This document shows positions 11,257 through 18,901 of a stretch of 64,000 bases of DNA, piece by piece. This stretch comes from an uncultured Verrucomicrobiae bacterium (GTDB lineage Bacteria; Verrucomicrobiota; Verrucomicrobiia; Chthoniobacterales; UBA10450). How positions within the stretch are numbered: position 1 is the stretch's first letter; every line of letters starts with the position of its first letter. The DNA lies in NCBI GenBank assembly GCA_963756875.1, contig CAVWPA010000003.1, positions 512,001-576,000 on the forward strand, read 5' to 3'. The notes below the pieces were generated by a model. That model ran no database searches and had not been told where the DNA came from. It was given only the letters and a program-made list of their open reading frames with translations. Made by a program: the position numbers and the translations under genes.

Positions 11257-12096
11257 ATGTGCGACCCCATTGCATCTGCTGAAGTCGCGGGTCGTCTTTT
11301 CGCGACCGCTTGGGACCGCCACAAGGGTCAACACCACGAAAATGGCCGTGTTGATTTAAGTCTGGTTCTACCCACGTACAACGAGCGTGAAAATATGGGA
11401 GAACTTTTTGCTCGGATCGATCGCGCCCTAGCCGGTAGTTGCTTTGAAGTGATCCTGGTTGACGATGATTCTCCCGACCGGACCTGGGCCGTCGCGCAAA
11501 AATTTCAGAGACTTTACCCATGGCTTCGTGTGATTCGACGCCAGAACGCTCGCGGACTGGCGTCCGCCGTGATCTACGGCTTTCGCCATTGCCGCGGTGA
11601 GGTCCTTGGTGTCATGGATGCCGACCTGCAACATGACGCCGCACTGTTGCCCGCGCTTCTCGCGGAAATGGATTGCGCTGATTTCGCCGTCGCTACCAGG
11701 CGCGCCGCTGGCGGAAGCGACGGCAAGTGGTCGAAGTTACGCCGGCTCGCGAGTCTTCTTGCGACCGCTTTCGCTCGCTGGATGACAAGCATGCCTCTCT
11801 CAGATCCCATGTCGGGCTTCTTCCTCGTTCGACGCGAGATTTTTCAATCGATCGACGCCGATTTACGACCGCGTGGCTACAAAGTTTTGATGTACCTGTA
11901 CGCCAAGGCCGCGCAGCGATTCGGGGGAGGCGCGCTTCGTCTGGCAGAAGTCGGATATCAATTCGCCAAGCGGGCGCACGGGCGAAGCAAGCTGTCGCTC
12001 GCCGTGATCATTGATTATTTTCTGATGTTAATGGGGCTGCGCCTTCGGGGCAGAGCCGGCGCGCGTCGCCCTCAATGGTCGCACGCGGCGTTTTAG
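11257..12096 (+). CDS. Polyprenol monophosphomannose synthase-like GT2 (Dpm1/Ppm1 family); start uncertain
   Basis: LPTYNEREN, VDDDSPDRT, RGLASAV, MDADLQH, SDPMSGFF, GYK, R.HG.SKL. Confidence 0.88.
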   Translation: MCDPIASAEVAGRLFATAWDRHKGQHHENGRVDLSLVLPTYNERENMGELFARIDRALAGSCFEVILVDDDSPDRTWAVAQKFQRLYPWLRVIRRQNARGLASAVIYGFRHCRGEVLGVMDADLQHDAALLPALLAEMDCADFAVATRRAAGGSDGKWSKLRRLASLLATAFARWMTSMPLSDPMSGFFLVRREIFQSIDADLRPRGYKVLMYLYAKAAQRFGGGALRLAEVGYQFAKRAHGRSKLSLAVIIDYFLMLMGLRLRGRAGARRPQWSHAAF

Positions 12097-12141
12097 GAGA
12101 CGTTGCTCGGGTCGAGCGGCGTCTCGAGGGCGATACTGGTT

Positions 12142-14028
12142 CTAAGGATGCACCGGCTGCGTTCCGATTTGCTCGCCAAGTTCCAGGAACTCGTGCTGAT
12201 TTGGTTCAAGCGCAATTGCCCGTTCAATTTCGAGTTTTGCCTGCTCCCTCTCGCCAAGATCCAAAAGCGCTTTTGCGAGAAGGTAGTGGGCCTTGGCTTC
12301 GTACGGAGCTCGCGCAACCGCTTGCTCGAAAAAATGCCGGGCTTCGGAAAAACGTCCTGACTGCAGCATAATCACTCCGAGGTTGTTCAGCGCGCCCTTG
12401 TGCTGCGGATCGAATCGAACGACAGCGCGGTAAAACGCGGCCGCTTCATCAGGGTGTCCTTCCGCCAGTCGCAGGTTACCAAGCGCGAAAATGGTTTCAC
12501 TATTTCCAGGAACGTAGGCGTACGCGATGGCGAGCTTCTTCTCGGCAAGGGGAAGATTGTTCGACTCAAGCGCTTGCCACCCGGAATTGTAAGCATCCAG
12601 CGCCCATAACGACGGACTGCGCTGTGGCCACGCAACAAACAGCGTCGATCCGGCGAGAAGCGCGAAATAGATCGCGACCGTGGCGAGTCGATTGTTCGCG
12701 CAGGCTCGCCACAGCAGCGACAATCCCAACGCCGCGAAAATGAGCAAGCCCGGCACCGCCACGAGCCGATAGCGTTCGGTGATAAAAACTGGGAGAAGAG
12801 CAAACATCGACAACAAAATCGCCGCCGTGATCCAGCGGGATGCAGGGACAAATCGCCATCCGAGCACAATTCCCGGAAGTGCCAGGGCCGCGACAATGGA
12901 GAAATAGAGTCCCGGCAGAATAACGCCTTGCTCGCGCAAATTCGTGATGATGCTGAGATCGTCGTATTGGAAAGCGTTCCAAAAATTACGCAGCTTGATT
13001 GCAAGGAGTTTCACCCAATGTCCAAAGTGTGTTTGGATGTAATGGGTCGCTTTGGCAGACCAATAAGCCGACACGTCGGCGCGTTTAAGCGGATGTCCGA
13101 CAGCCGCCTCCGCTTGCGTAATCGAATCCTGAAGCATGGCGGCTTGTCCGGCGCGAAGGCCTGGCGGGAAACGGGGGTACCCGTTCGCTTCGGGATTATT
13201 GCCGATCCAGAAATTAATGCCGCTGTGCGCGGAAAGAAAAACCGGATCCCGCGCAATCAAATAGTTGTGAATCCAACAGGGCGAGGTGCCGAGGACGACG
13301 GCGCCAATCAAGATCGCGCCGCGCTTCGCGACCATGCGCCACCGATCGCTGATATCGAGATTCGATTGAATCGCTAGAGCGCCGAGAACGAGCGGGATGA
13401 TGACCAGGATTGTGGCAACGCCGGTTGCGACGATGCCGATGAGTAGTCCAAGCCAAAAGCATTCTTTCGCACTGGGCGCATCGTTGGTTCGAGTAACTCG
13501 CCAGACCACGAACCAAAAGAAGAAAACAAACCAGACCGTCGGCATTAGGATGACCGCATAAGCCTGCGCCGGAACAAAAAATGCCCAGCCGAGCGCCGCT
13601 GCGGCAGCTACGACTCTCGCGCCTCTCTTGTGGTCTATTTGAACGGAGGACAAAAACGATCGCGCCGGGAATAACTCGGCCGAATGCAACACTCGGAGGG
13701 CCATTTTGTAGACAAGAAACGCCGTGCCGGCGTCGAGTGCCGCCTGAAGGAGACCGGGGATCAGCAGGTTGTAACCAAAGAGCTTGTAAAGAAGTGCCAG
13801 CAGGTACGCGTAACCGGGCAATCCATAGAAGGCCAGCGTTGCGCCCACTTTCCCGTGCAGGATCCTCAGGGCCCAATCGTTGTAAAAATGCATGTCTCCC
13901 CGCGTCGGGACGAGAAACGGCGACGAGGCCAAGCGAGCGAGGACAAACATCCTCACGGCGAGGACCGTGGCAAAGATGAGGTAGTCAGGCCCAAGTGAGA
14001 GCCGTCGCAGCCGGGATGGGGTTTTCAC
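12142..14028 (-). CDS. GT-C membrane glycosyltransferase with C-terminal TPRs
   Basis: GDMHFYNDWA, PGYAYLLA, GINFWIGNNP, ERYRL; C-terminal TPRs (FALGNL, ALNNLG, AHYLLA). Confidence 0.75.
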   Translation of the reverse strand: MKTPSRLRRLSLGPDYLIFATVLAVRMFVLARLASSPFLVPTRGDMHFYNDWALRILHGKVGATLAFYGLPGYAYLLALLYKLFGYNLLIPGLLQAALDAGTAFLVYKMALRVLHSAELFPARSFLSSVQIDHKRGARVVAAAAALGWAFFVPAQAYAVILMPTVWFVFFFWFVVWRVTRTNDAPSAKECFWLGLLIGIVATGVATILVIIPLVLGALAIQSNLDISDRWRMVAKRGAILIGAVVLGTSPCWIHNYLIARDPVFLSAHSGINFWIGNNPEANGYPRFPPGLRAGQAAMLQDSITQAEAAVGHPLKRADVSAYWSAKATHYIQTHFGHWVKLLAIKLRNFWNAFQYDDLSIITNLREQGVILPGLYFSIVAALALPGIVLGWRFVPASRWITAAILLSMFALLPVFITERYRLVAVPGLLIFAALGLSLLWRACANNRLATVAIYFALLAGSTLFVAWPQRSPSLWALDAYNSGWQALESNNLPLAEKKLAIAYAYVPGNSETIFALGNLRLAEGHPDEAAAFYRAVVRFDPQHKGALNNLGVIMLQSGRFSEARHFFEQAVARAPYEAKAHYLLAKALLDLGEREQAKLEIERAIALEPNQHEFLELGEQIGTQPVHP

Positions 14029-14079
14029 AGGTTAGGCCCGACACGGTTGTCGGAAAATGTCTGATTTAATTGACCCGGT

Positions 14080-14095
14080 TGGCATCTACGCTGCT
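14080..14095 (+). promoter_or_regulatory. Sigma-54 promoter of pilin copy 1
   Basis: TGGCATCTACGCTGCT, 77 nt upstream of ATG. Confidence 0.75.
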
Positions 14096-14172
14096 GGAAA
14101 ACACGTGGTTTCCTGCGACAGACGTCGCAGGACGCAATCCAAACAAATCATAAATAAAGGGAAAGCAATAGC

Positions 14173-14577
14173 ATGTTAAACGCCATCAATAAACGCCGCG
14201 GGGGCTTCACGCTCGTGGAAATCATGATCGTGGTTGCGATCATCGCACTGCTTGCAGCGATCGCCGTCCCGGGGTTTCTCCGGGCGCGCAAACGCTCGCA
14301 AGCCACCCGAATTCTGAACGATCTGCGAATGATCGATTCAGCGGTTGACCAATATGCGATCGAGACCAACCGGAGCACCGGGAACACTGTTGCCGTGCAG
14401 GATTGGACGAACTACCTCAAAAAGGGAACTGCCCTCTACAACACCGGCAAAGACCTCCTTGGAAACACTTACGGTGCGCAGGCCGTGGATACTCTGCCGA
14501 AGGTTCCGACGGCCAGTTTCGCTGCCCTGTCGGACGTCGCTCCGGCCGTGTTTTGGTCTCCGTATTCGGCCAACTAA
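14173..14577 (+). CDS. Type IV pilin / prepilin-type protein, copy 1
   Basis: Basic leader, G|FTLVEIMIVVAII class III signal with E+5, hydrophobic helix, Pro at AVPG. Confidence 0.92.
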   Translation: MLNAINKRRGGFTLVEIMIVVAIIALLAAIAVPGFLRARKRSQATRILNDLRMIDSAVDQYAIETNRSTGNTVAVQDWTNYLKKGTALYNTGKDLLGNTYGAQAVDTLPKVPTASFAALSDVAPAVFWSPYSAN

Positions 14578-14588
14578 CGAATCTGACG

Positions 14589-14636
14589 ATTCATTCTCCT
14601 GTCATCGCCCCACGCGGGCAGTGGCAGAGAATGAGT
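14589..14636 (+). terminator. Stem-loop after pilin copy 1 (terminator or mRNA stabiliser)
   Basis: ATTCATTCTCCTGTCATCGCCC...GGGCAGTGGCAGAGAATGAGT; pairing conserved in copy 2; no strong U-tract. Confidence 0.5.
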
Positions 14637-14714
14637 TCTGAGGCAGACTAGGTTGGAGGGACATTTTGACCCGCTCCAAGTCCCCCCCGGCAAATGCATC
14701 ATAATTTTAAGAAT

Positions 14715-14730
14715 TGGCATCATCGCTGCT
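14715..14730 (+). promoter_or_regulatory. Sigma-54 promoter of pilin copy 2
   Basis: TGGCATCATCGCTGCT preceded by AT-rich tract; retained although surrounding sequence differs from copy 1. Confidence 0.75.
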
Positions 14731-14804
14731 CTTTAAAGGGCTGATCCGCGATCGGAATCGCGGGACGCAGTTAAACAAACCAGAGATAAAAGGAAAGCAA
14801 TAGC

Positions 14805-15209
14805 ATGTTAAACGCCATCAATAAACGCCGCGGGGGCTTCACCCTCGTGGAAATCATGATCGTGGTTGCGATCATCGCACTGCTTGCAGCGATCGCCGTC
14901 CCGGGGTTTCTCCGGGCGCGCAAACGCTCGCAAGCCACCCGAATTCTGAACGATCTGCGAATGATCGATTCAGCGGTTGACCAATATGCGATCGAGACCA
15001 ACCGGAGCACCGGGAACACTGTTGCCGTGCAGGATTGGACGAACTACCTCAAAAAGGGAACTGTCCTCTACAACACCGGCAAAGACCTCCTTGGAAACAC
15101 TTACGGTGCGCAGGCCGTGGATACTCTGCCGAAGGTTCCGACGGCTAGTTTCGCTACCCTGTCGGACGTCGCTCCGGCCGAGTTTTGGTCTCCGTATTCG
15201 GCCAACTAA
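14805..15209 (+). CDS. Type IV pilin / prepilin-type protein, copy 2
   Basis: Same as copy 1 except A87V, A118T, V126E. Confidence 0.92.
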   Translation: MLNAINKRRGGFTLVEIMIVVAIIALLAAIAVPGFLRARKRSQATRILNDLRMIDSAVDQYAIETNRSTGNTVAVQDWTNYLKKGTVLYNTGKDLLGNTYGAQAVDTLPKVPTASFATLSDVAPAEFWSPYSAN

Positions 15210-15220
15210 CGAATCTGACG

Positions 15221-15268
15221 ATTCATTCTCCTGTCATCGCTGCCAAACGGCGCTGGCAGGGAATGAGT
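15221..15268 (+). terminator. Stem-loop after pilin copy 2
   Basis: ATTCATTCTCCTGTCATCGCTG-CCAAA-CGGCGCTGGCAGGGAATGAGT. Confidence 0.5.
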
Positions 15269-15269
15269 T

Positions 15270-17426
15270 GTGAGAGCCGACTCAAAACAAACCCCACTGG
15301 CAACGAGCCCTTCGAACCGAACCGCCGTTTGCCAGCTTAAAAAGCTGAACCGGTATCTCTTTGCCGATTGGTTTCGCTGTCTGCTCCTCGCGTTGATCGG
15401 ATTCGTGGTGCGGTTGCCCGCCCTGCAAGGGGAGCGCATCTGGGACGATCAATACTTGGTGCACGACAATCCGTTTATCAAAAGTCCCCTTTTGATTCTG
15501 GAGGCGTTCCGGCACCCGCTGTTTCTGGACTCATTCTCGGGCGATTATCGGCCAATCCAGAATGTCTCCTATTTTATCGACTACTTTTTCTGGAATACCG
15601 ACACGTTTGGATTTCACCTGACGAATGTGCTTTTGCACCTGGGCGCGGGCATTTTGCTTTTCTTCCTGGTTAGGCAATTAGTCGGCTCCCTGCTTTTGCG
15701 TGGAGTTCGATTGCCGGCGCGCGATCGCTTTTTGAAAAGAATGCCATGGGTGTCGCATGCTGCTTTCCTGTTGGCGCTCCTTTGGATCGTGCATCCGGTA
15801 CAGAGCGCGGCCGTTGATTACATTTCGGGCCGGGCCGACAGCCTGGCCTTCTTTTTTGCAACCGCCGCCTGGCTGTTGTTCCTGCATGCCCAGCGCGGCA
15901 GGCGGCAGCTTGGTCGCGTCTCGCTGTATTGTCTGGCTGCGGTTTCGGCCTTGCTGGCATTGCTTTCGCGCGAAATCGCCCTTGTATGGATCGTTCTCTT
16001 TCTTGCTCACGTCTTTTTGGTCGAGAGAAACCTTGCATTGCGTACTCGGATGGCCGCATTGCTTTGTTGCGCGGCACTTGGCCTGGCTTATTTGGGCCTT
16101 CGCCAACTGCCGCACCAACCGTTCGTTCCCGCACCACAGCAAGACTGGCAAGGGCCTGTGCGGTCAGTCCTGATGGCGCGCGCGTTAGGCGATTACTGCC
16201 GCCTTATGATTTTCCCATCTAATCTCCACATGGAACGGACGGTGTTTGATCCGGCGAATTATCGTAATAACGCTGATTGGCGCACATCGATTGGTACGGA
16301 GTACCTGTCTATTTTAGGGCTGGTCTTTCTGGCAGTCCTCATTTTCGGGTGTGCCAAGCGAGGGCGCGGCCAGGCCGTCCGGATTTTCGGGGCGGGCTGG
16401 TTTTTGGCCGGTTATCTTCCGGTCTCGAATATTGTTCTTTTGAATGCAACCGTCGCTGAACACTGGCTTTATCTTCCCAGCGTAGGATTTCTCCTATTCT
16501 TGGCAGGTTGCATGTTCGAAGTCCGAGGGAAACATTTGAGAATCGCCGCAGCCTTGGTCGTCCTCTTTGCCGCTGCTGGCTTAAGCGCTCGCAGCTATCT
16601 GCGCAGCACCGATTGGATCAACGCCGAAACGTTCTATCGCCGGACGCTCGCGGCGGGCGGCACGAATCCCCGAATCGGACTTAATCTCGGCCAGATCTAC
16701 GCCAATCGCGGTGACTATGCTAAAGCCGAACGAGTATTTAGGGAGGTGCTCAAGGCGGCACCGGACTACCCCCTTGCTCAGAACAATTTGGCCAGCGCTC
16801 TCGCGCACGAAGGGAAAACCAAGGAAGCAGAAGCCCTTTTTTCTCTGCTGGAGAAAAACTCCCTTCGCAATCGCCAGGAATACCCTCGTACCTGGGTCGG
16901 CGTGTTGAACTTGGCTCGAACGCGTCACAACGCGGGAAACAACCAAGCCGCGTTCGCAATCCTGGAGAAAGCGCGAAAAGAGTATCCCCAGGTTTGGGAG
17001 ATCGTCAGCTTCGAATCGGAGCTCCTTCGCAAAGAGCGGGGGCCTGATGCTGTTTTGAAGCTCGTGGAAGACTTTGCGCATGACAACTGGTGGCATTATG
17101 ACGCGTACCTCGCATTAGGCCGGCTGTATGCCCAGGAAGGCGATGCAACTCGCGCGGAGGCAGCGTTGCGCCATGCCAGCTGGCTCGATATTCACAGTAC
17201 CGATGCCTTGCAGCTCATCGTGCTCATGCGACTGCGTCAGAATCGATTCGAGGAAGCCGCGCAAACACAGCGACGCGCCATCGCTCGGCAGCCCGACGAA
17301 CCGCACCAATACATCCTGCTCTCGAACATCCTGGAAAAAATGGGACGGGAGGATGAGGCCTGCGCCGCGCTCGCGCAAGCGTCGCGACTTCGTGCTTTGG
17401 CCACAGGCAAAGCAGTTGTGAATTAA
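15270..17426 (+). CDS. TMTC-like (DUF1736/GT105-like) membrane glycosyltransferase with TPRs; start uncertain
   Basis: IWDD...DN, YRP, FHLTNVLLH, HPVQSAAVDYISGRAD, SRE, AEHWLYLPSVG, R...W, followed by TPRs. Confidence 0.82.
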   Translation: MRADSKQTPLATSPSNRTAVCQLKKLNRYLFADWFRCLLLALIGFVVRLPALQGERIWDDQYLVHDNPFIKSPLLILEAFRHPLFLDSFSGDYRPIQNVSYFIDYFFWNTDTFGFHLTNVLLHLGAGILLFFLVRQLVGSLLLRGVRLPARDRFLKRMPWVSHAAFLLALLWIVHPVQSAAVDYISGRADSLAFFFATAAWLLFLHAQRGRRQLGRVSLYCLAAVSALLALLSREIALVWIVLFLAHVFLVERNLALRTRMAALLCCAALGLAYLGLRQLPHQPFVPAPQQDWQGPVRSVLMARALGDYCRLMIFPSNLHMERTVFDPANYRNNADWRTSIGTEYLSILGLVFLAVLIFGCAKRGRGQAVRIFGAGWFLAGYLPVSNIVLLNATVAEHWLYLPSVGFLLFLAGCMFEVRGKHLRIAAALVVLFAAAGLSARSYLRSTDWINAETFYRRTLAAGGTNPRIGLNLGQIYANRGDYAKAERVFREVLKAAPDYPLAQNNLASALAHEGKTKEAEALFSLLEKNSLRNRQEYPRTWVGVLNLARTRHNAGNNQAAFAILEKARKEYPQVWEIVSFESELLRKERGPDAVLKLVEDFAHDNWWHYDAYLALGRLYAQEGDATRAEAALRHASWLDIHSTDALQLIVLMRLRQNRFEEAAQTQRRAIARQPDEPHQYILLSNILEKMGREDEACAALAQASRLRALATGKAVVN

Positions 17427-17508
17427 GGGCGGACTGGCCGGGTTCATTCGACAGTCGTTTGACTTGGCGCGCTGATTCGTTAGCATCGGCGGCTCGCTTC
17501 GGCGACAT

Positions 17509-18510
17509 ATGGCCGCGCGCATTTATACCAATAAAGATGCCGATATTGGCTGGTTGAAGCGAAAGACGTGCGCGGTTGTCGGGTTCGGTGCGCAAGGCCG
17601 GGCGCATGCGCTGAATTTGCGCGACAGCGGAATTACCGTCGTGGTCGGTCTTTATCGCGCGAGCAAGTCGCGGGCGAGCGCCCGCAGGAACGGACTGAAA
17701 GTGTTTGATACGTCGGACGCGGTTCGTCGTGGGGACGTTATTTTTCTGGCGGTGCCGGACACGAAGATGCCGGCTGTTTACGAGCGCGAGATTGCGCCAC
17801 ATTTACGGCCCGGCCAGACGCTCCTCTTCGCACACGGCTTCGCCATTTACTATCGAACGCTGGTTCCTCCCAGGGAGGTGGATGTTGTAATGGTGGCGCC
17901 CAAGGGGCTCGGACCGATGGTACGTCGCGAATTTGTATGCAACCGTGGCGTGCCGGCGCTCCTTGCGGTTCACCGGGATTTTAGCGGGCATGCGAAACAG
18001 GTTGCGCTGGCGTGGGCCAAGGGCATCGGATGCACGCGCGCGGGCGTAATTGAAACAACGTTTCGCGAGGAAACCGAGACCGATCTCTTCGGTGAGCAGG
18101 CTGTGCTCTGCGGTGGAACGAGCGAACTAATCCGCGCCGGATTTGAGACGCTCGTCAGCGCTGGGTACCCGCCCGAGCTCGCCTATTTTGAATGCCTCCA
18201 TGAGCTCAAATTCATTGTCGATCTGATCCATGAGGCGGGACTGAGTGGAATGCGGGCTCTTATTTCGGAGACGGCGAAGTGGGGCGAACTGACTGTTGGC
18301 CCAAAGATTATCGACGCCACTGTGCGGAAACGAATGGAACGCGCGCTTGATGAGATTCGTTCCGGAAAATTTGCGCGCGGATTTATCCGCGAAATGGAAA
18401 GCGGTCGAAAACGCTACGCGAAGCTGCTGCGCGCGGCCGACCATCATCCAATCGAGAAAATAGGGCGCAAATTGCGACGCCGAATGCTTTGGAAAACAAA
18501 AAACCGTTAG
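17509..18510 (+). CDS. ilvC: Ketol-acid reductoisomerase
   Basis: GFGAQGRAHALNLRDSG, FAHGF, VAPKG, ETETDLFGEQAVLCGG, AYFECLHELK. Confidence 0.97.
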   Translation: MAARIYTNKDADIGWLKRKTCAVVGFGAQGRAHALNLRDSGITVVVGLYRASKSRASARRNGLKVFDTSDAVRRGDVIFLAVPDTKMPAVYEREIAPHLRPGQTLLFAHGFAIYYRTLVPPREVDVVMVAPKGLGPMVRREFVCNRGVPALLAVHRDFSGHAKQVALAWAKGIGCTRAGVIETTFREETETDLFGEQAVLCGGTSELIRAGFETLVSAGYPPELAYFECLHELKFIVDLIHEAGLSGMRALISETAKWGELTVGPKIIDATVRKRMERALDEIRSGKFARGFIREMESGRKRYAKLLRAADHHPIEKIGRKLRRRMLWKTKNR

Positions 18511-18569
18511 CTGCCGTTACCTGCGAACGGCAACCTTCTCAGGCGAGAATGGTCTCGTCAAAAACCGTC

Positions 18570-18842
18570 TTACCTTGGGTAATTCCCAAGTATTTCAATC
18601 GGTAGTGCAGTGGTCGGTATCGGGCCGGCGAACCTGTCGCACGGCACCGGAACGCCGGAGACGCCGGAAATCACATAGCACACTTTTCGCACGGCCTTCT
18701 TGGCCTGTTGCGTTTTCTGTACCTGTGTCCCGTTGCTATCCGCTCCAGCAAACGCCGATGCGCAAAACGCCAGAGAGAGCGCGACGCTCACGCACCGAGT
18801 CGACCAACCACGCAACCCGCTGGGTCGCAATGTAGTAGTCAT
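18570..18842 (-). CDS. Small putative secreted protein (~90 aa)
   Basis: Signal-peptide-like VALSLAFCASAFA; C-terminal CYVISGVSGVPVPC. Confidence 0.55.
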   Translation of the reverse strand: MTTTLRPSGLRGWSTRCVSVALSLAFCASAFAGADSNGTQVQKTQQAKKAVRKVCYVISGVSGVPVPCDRFAGPIPTTALPIEILGNYPR

Positions 18843-18901
18843 GGCTAAAATCTGCGCCTCTTCAGGCCCGGAAGCAAGGAAAAACGGCGACACCCGGAGG
18901 G

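Noticed and set aside
14173..15209. Pilin pair as a diversity-generating retroelement TR/VR or a silent pilS-type cassette
   Set aside because: Differences are not confined to adenines, there is no reverse transcriptase in the window, and both copies are full length with their own promoters.
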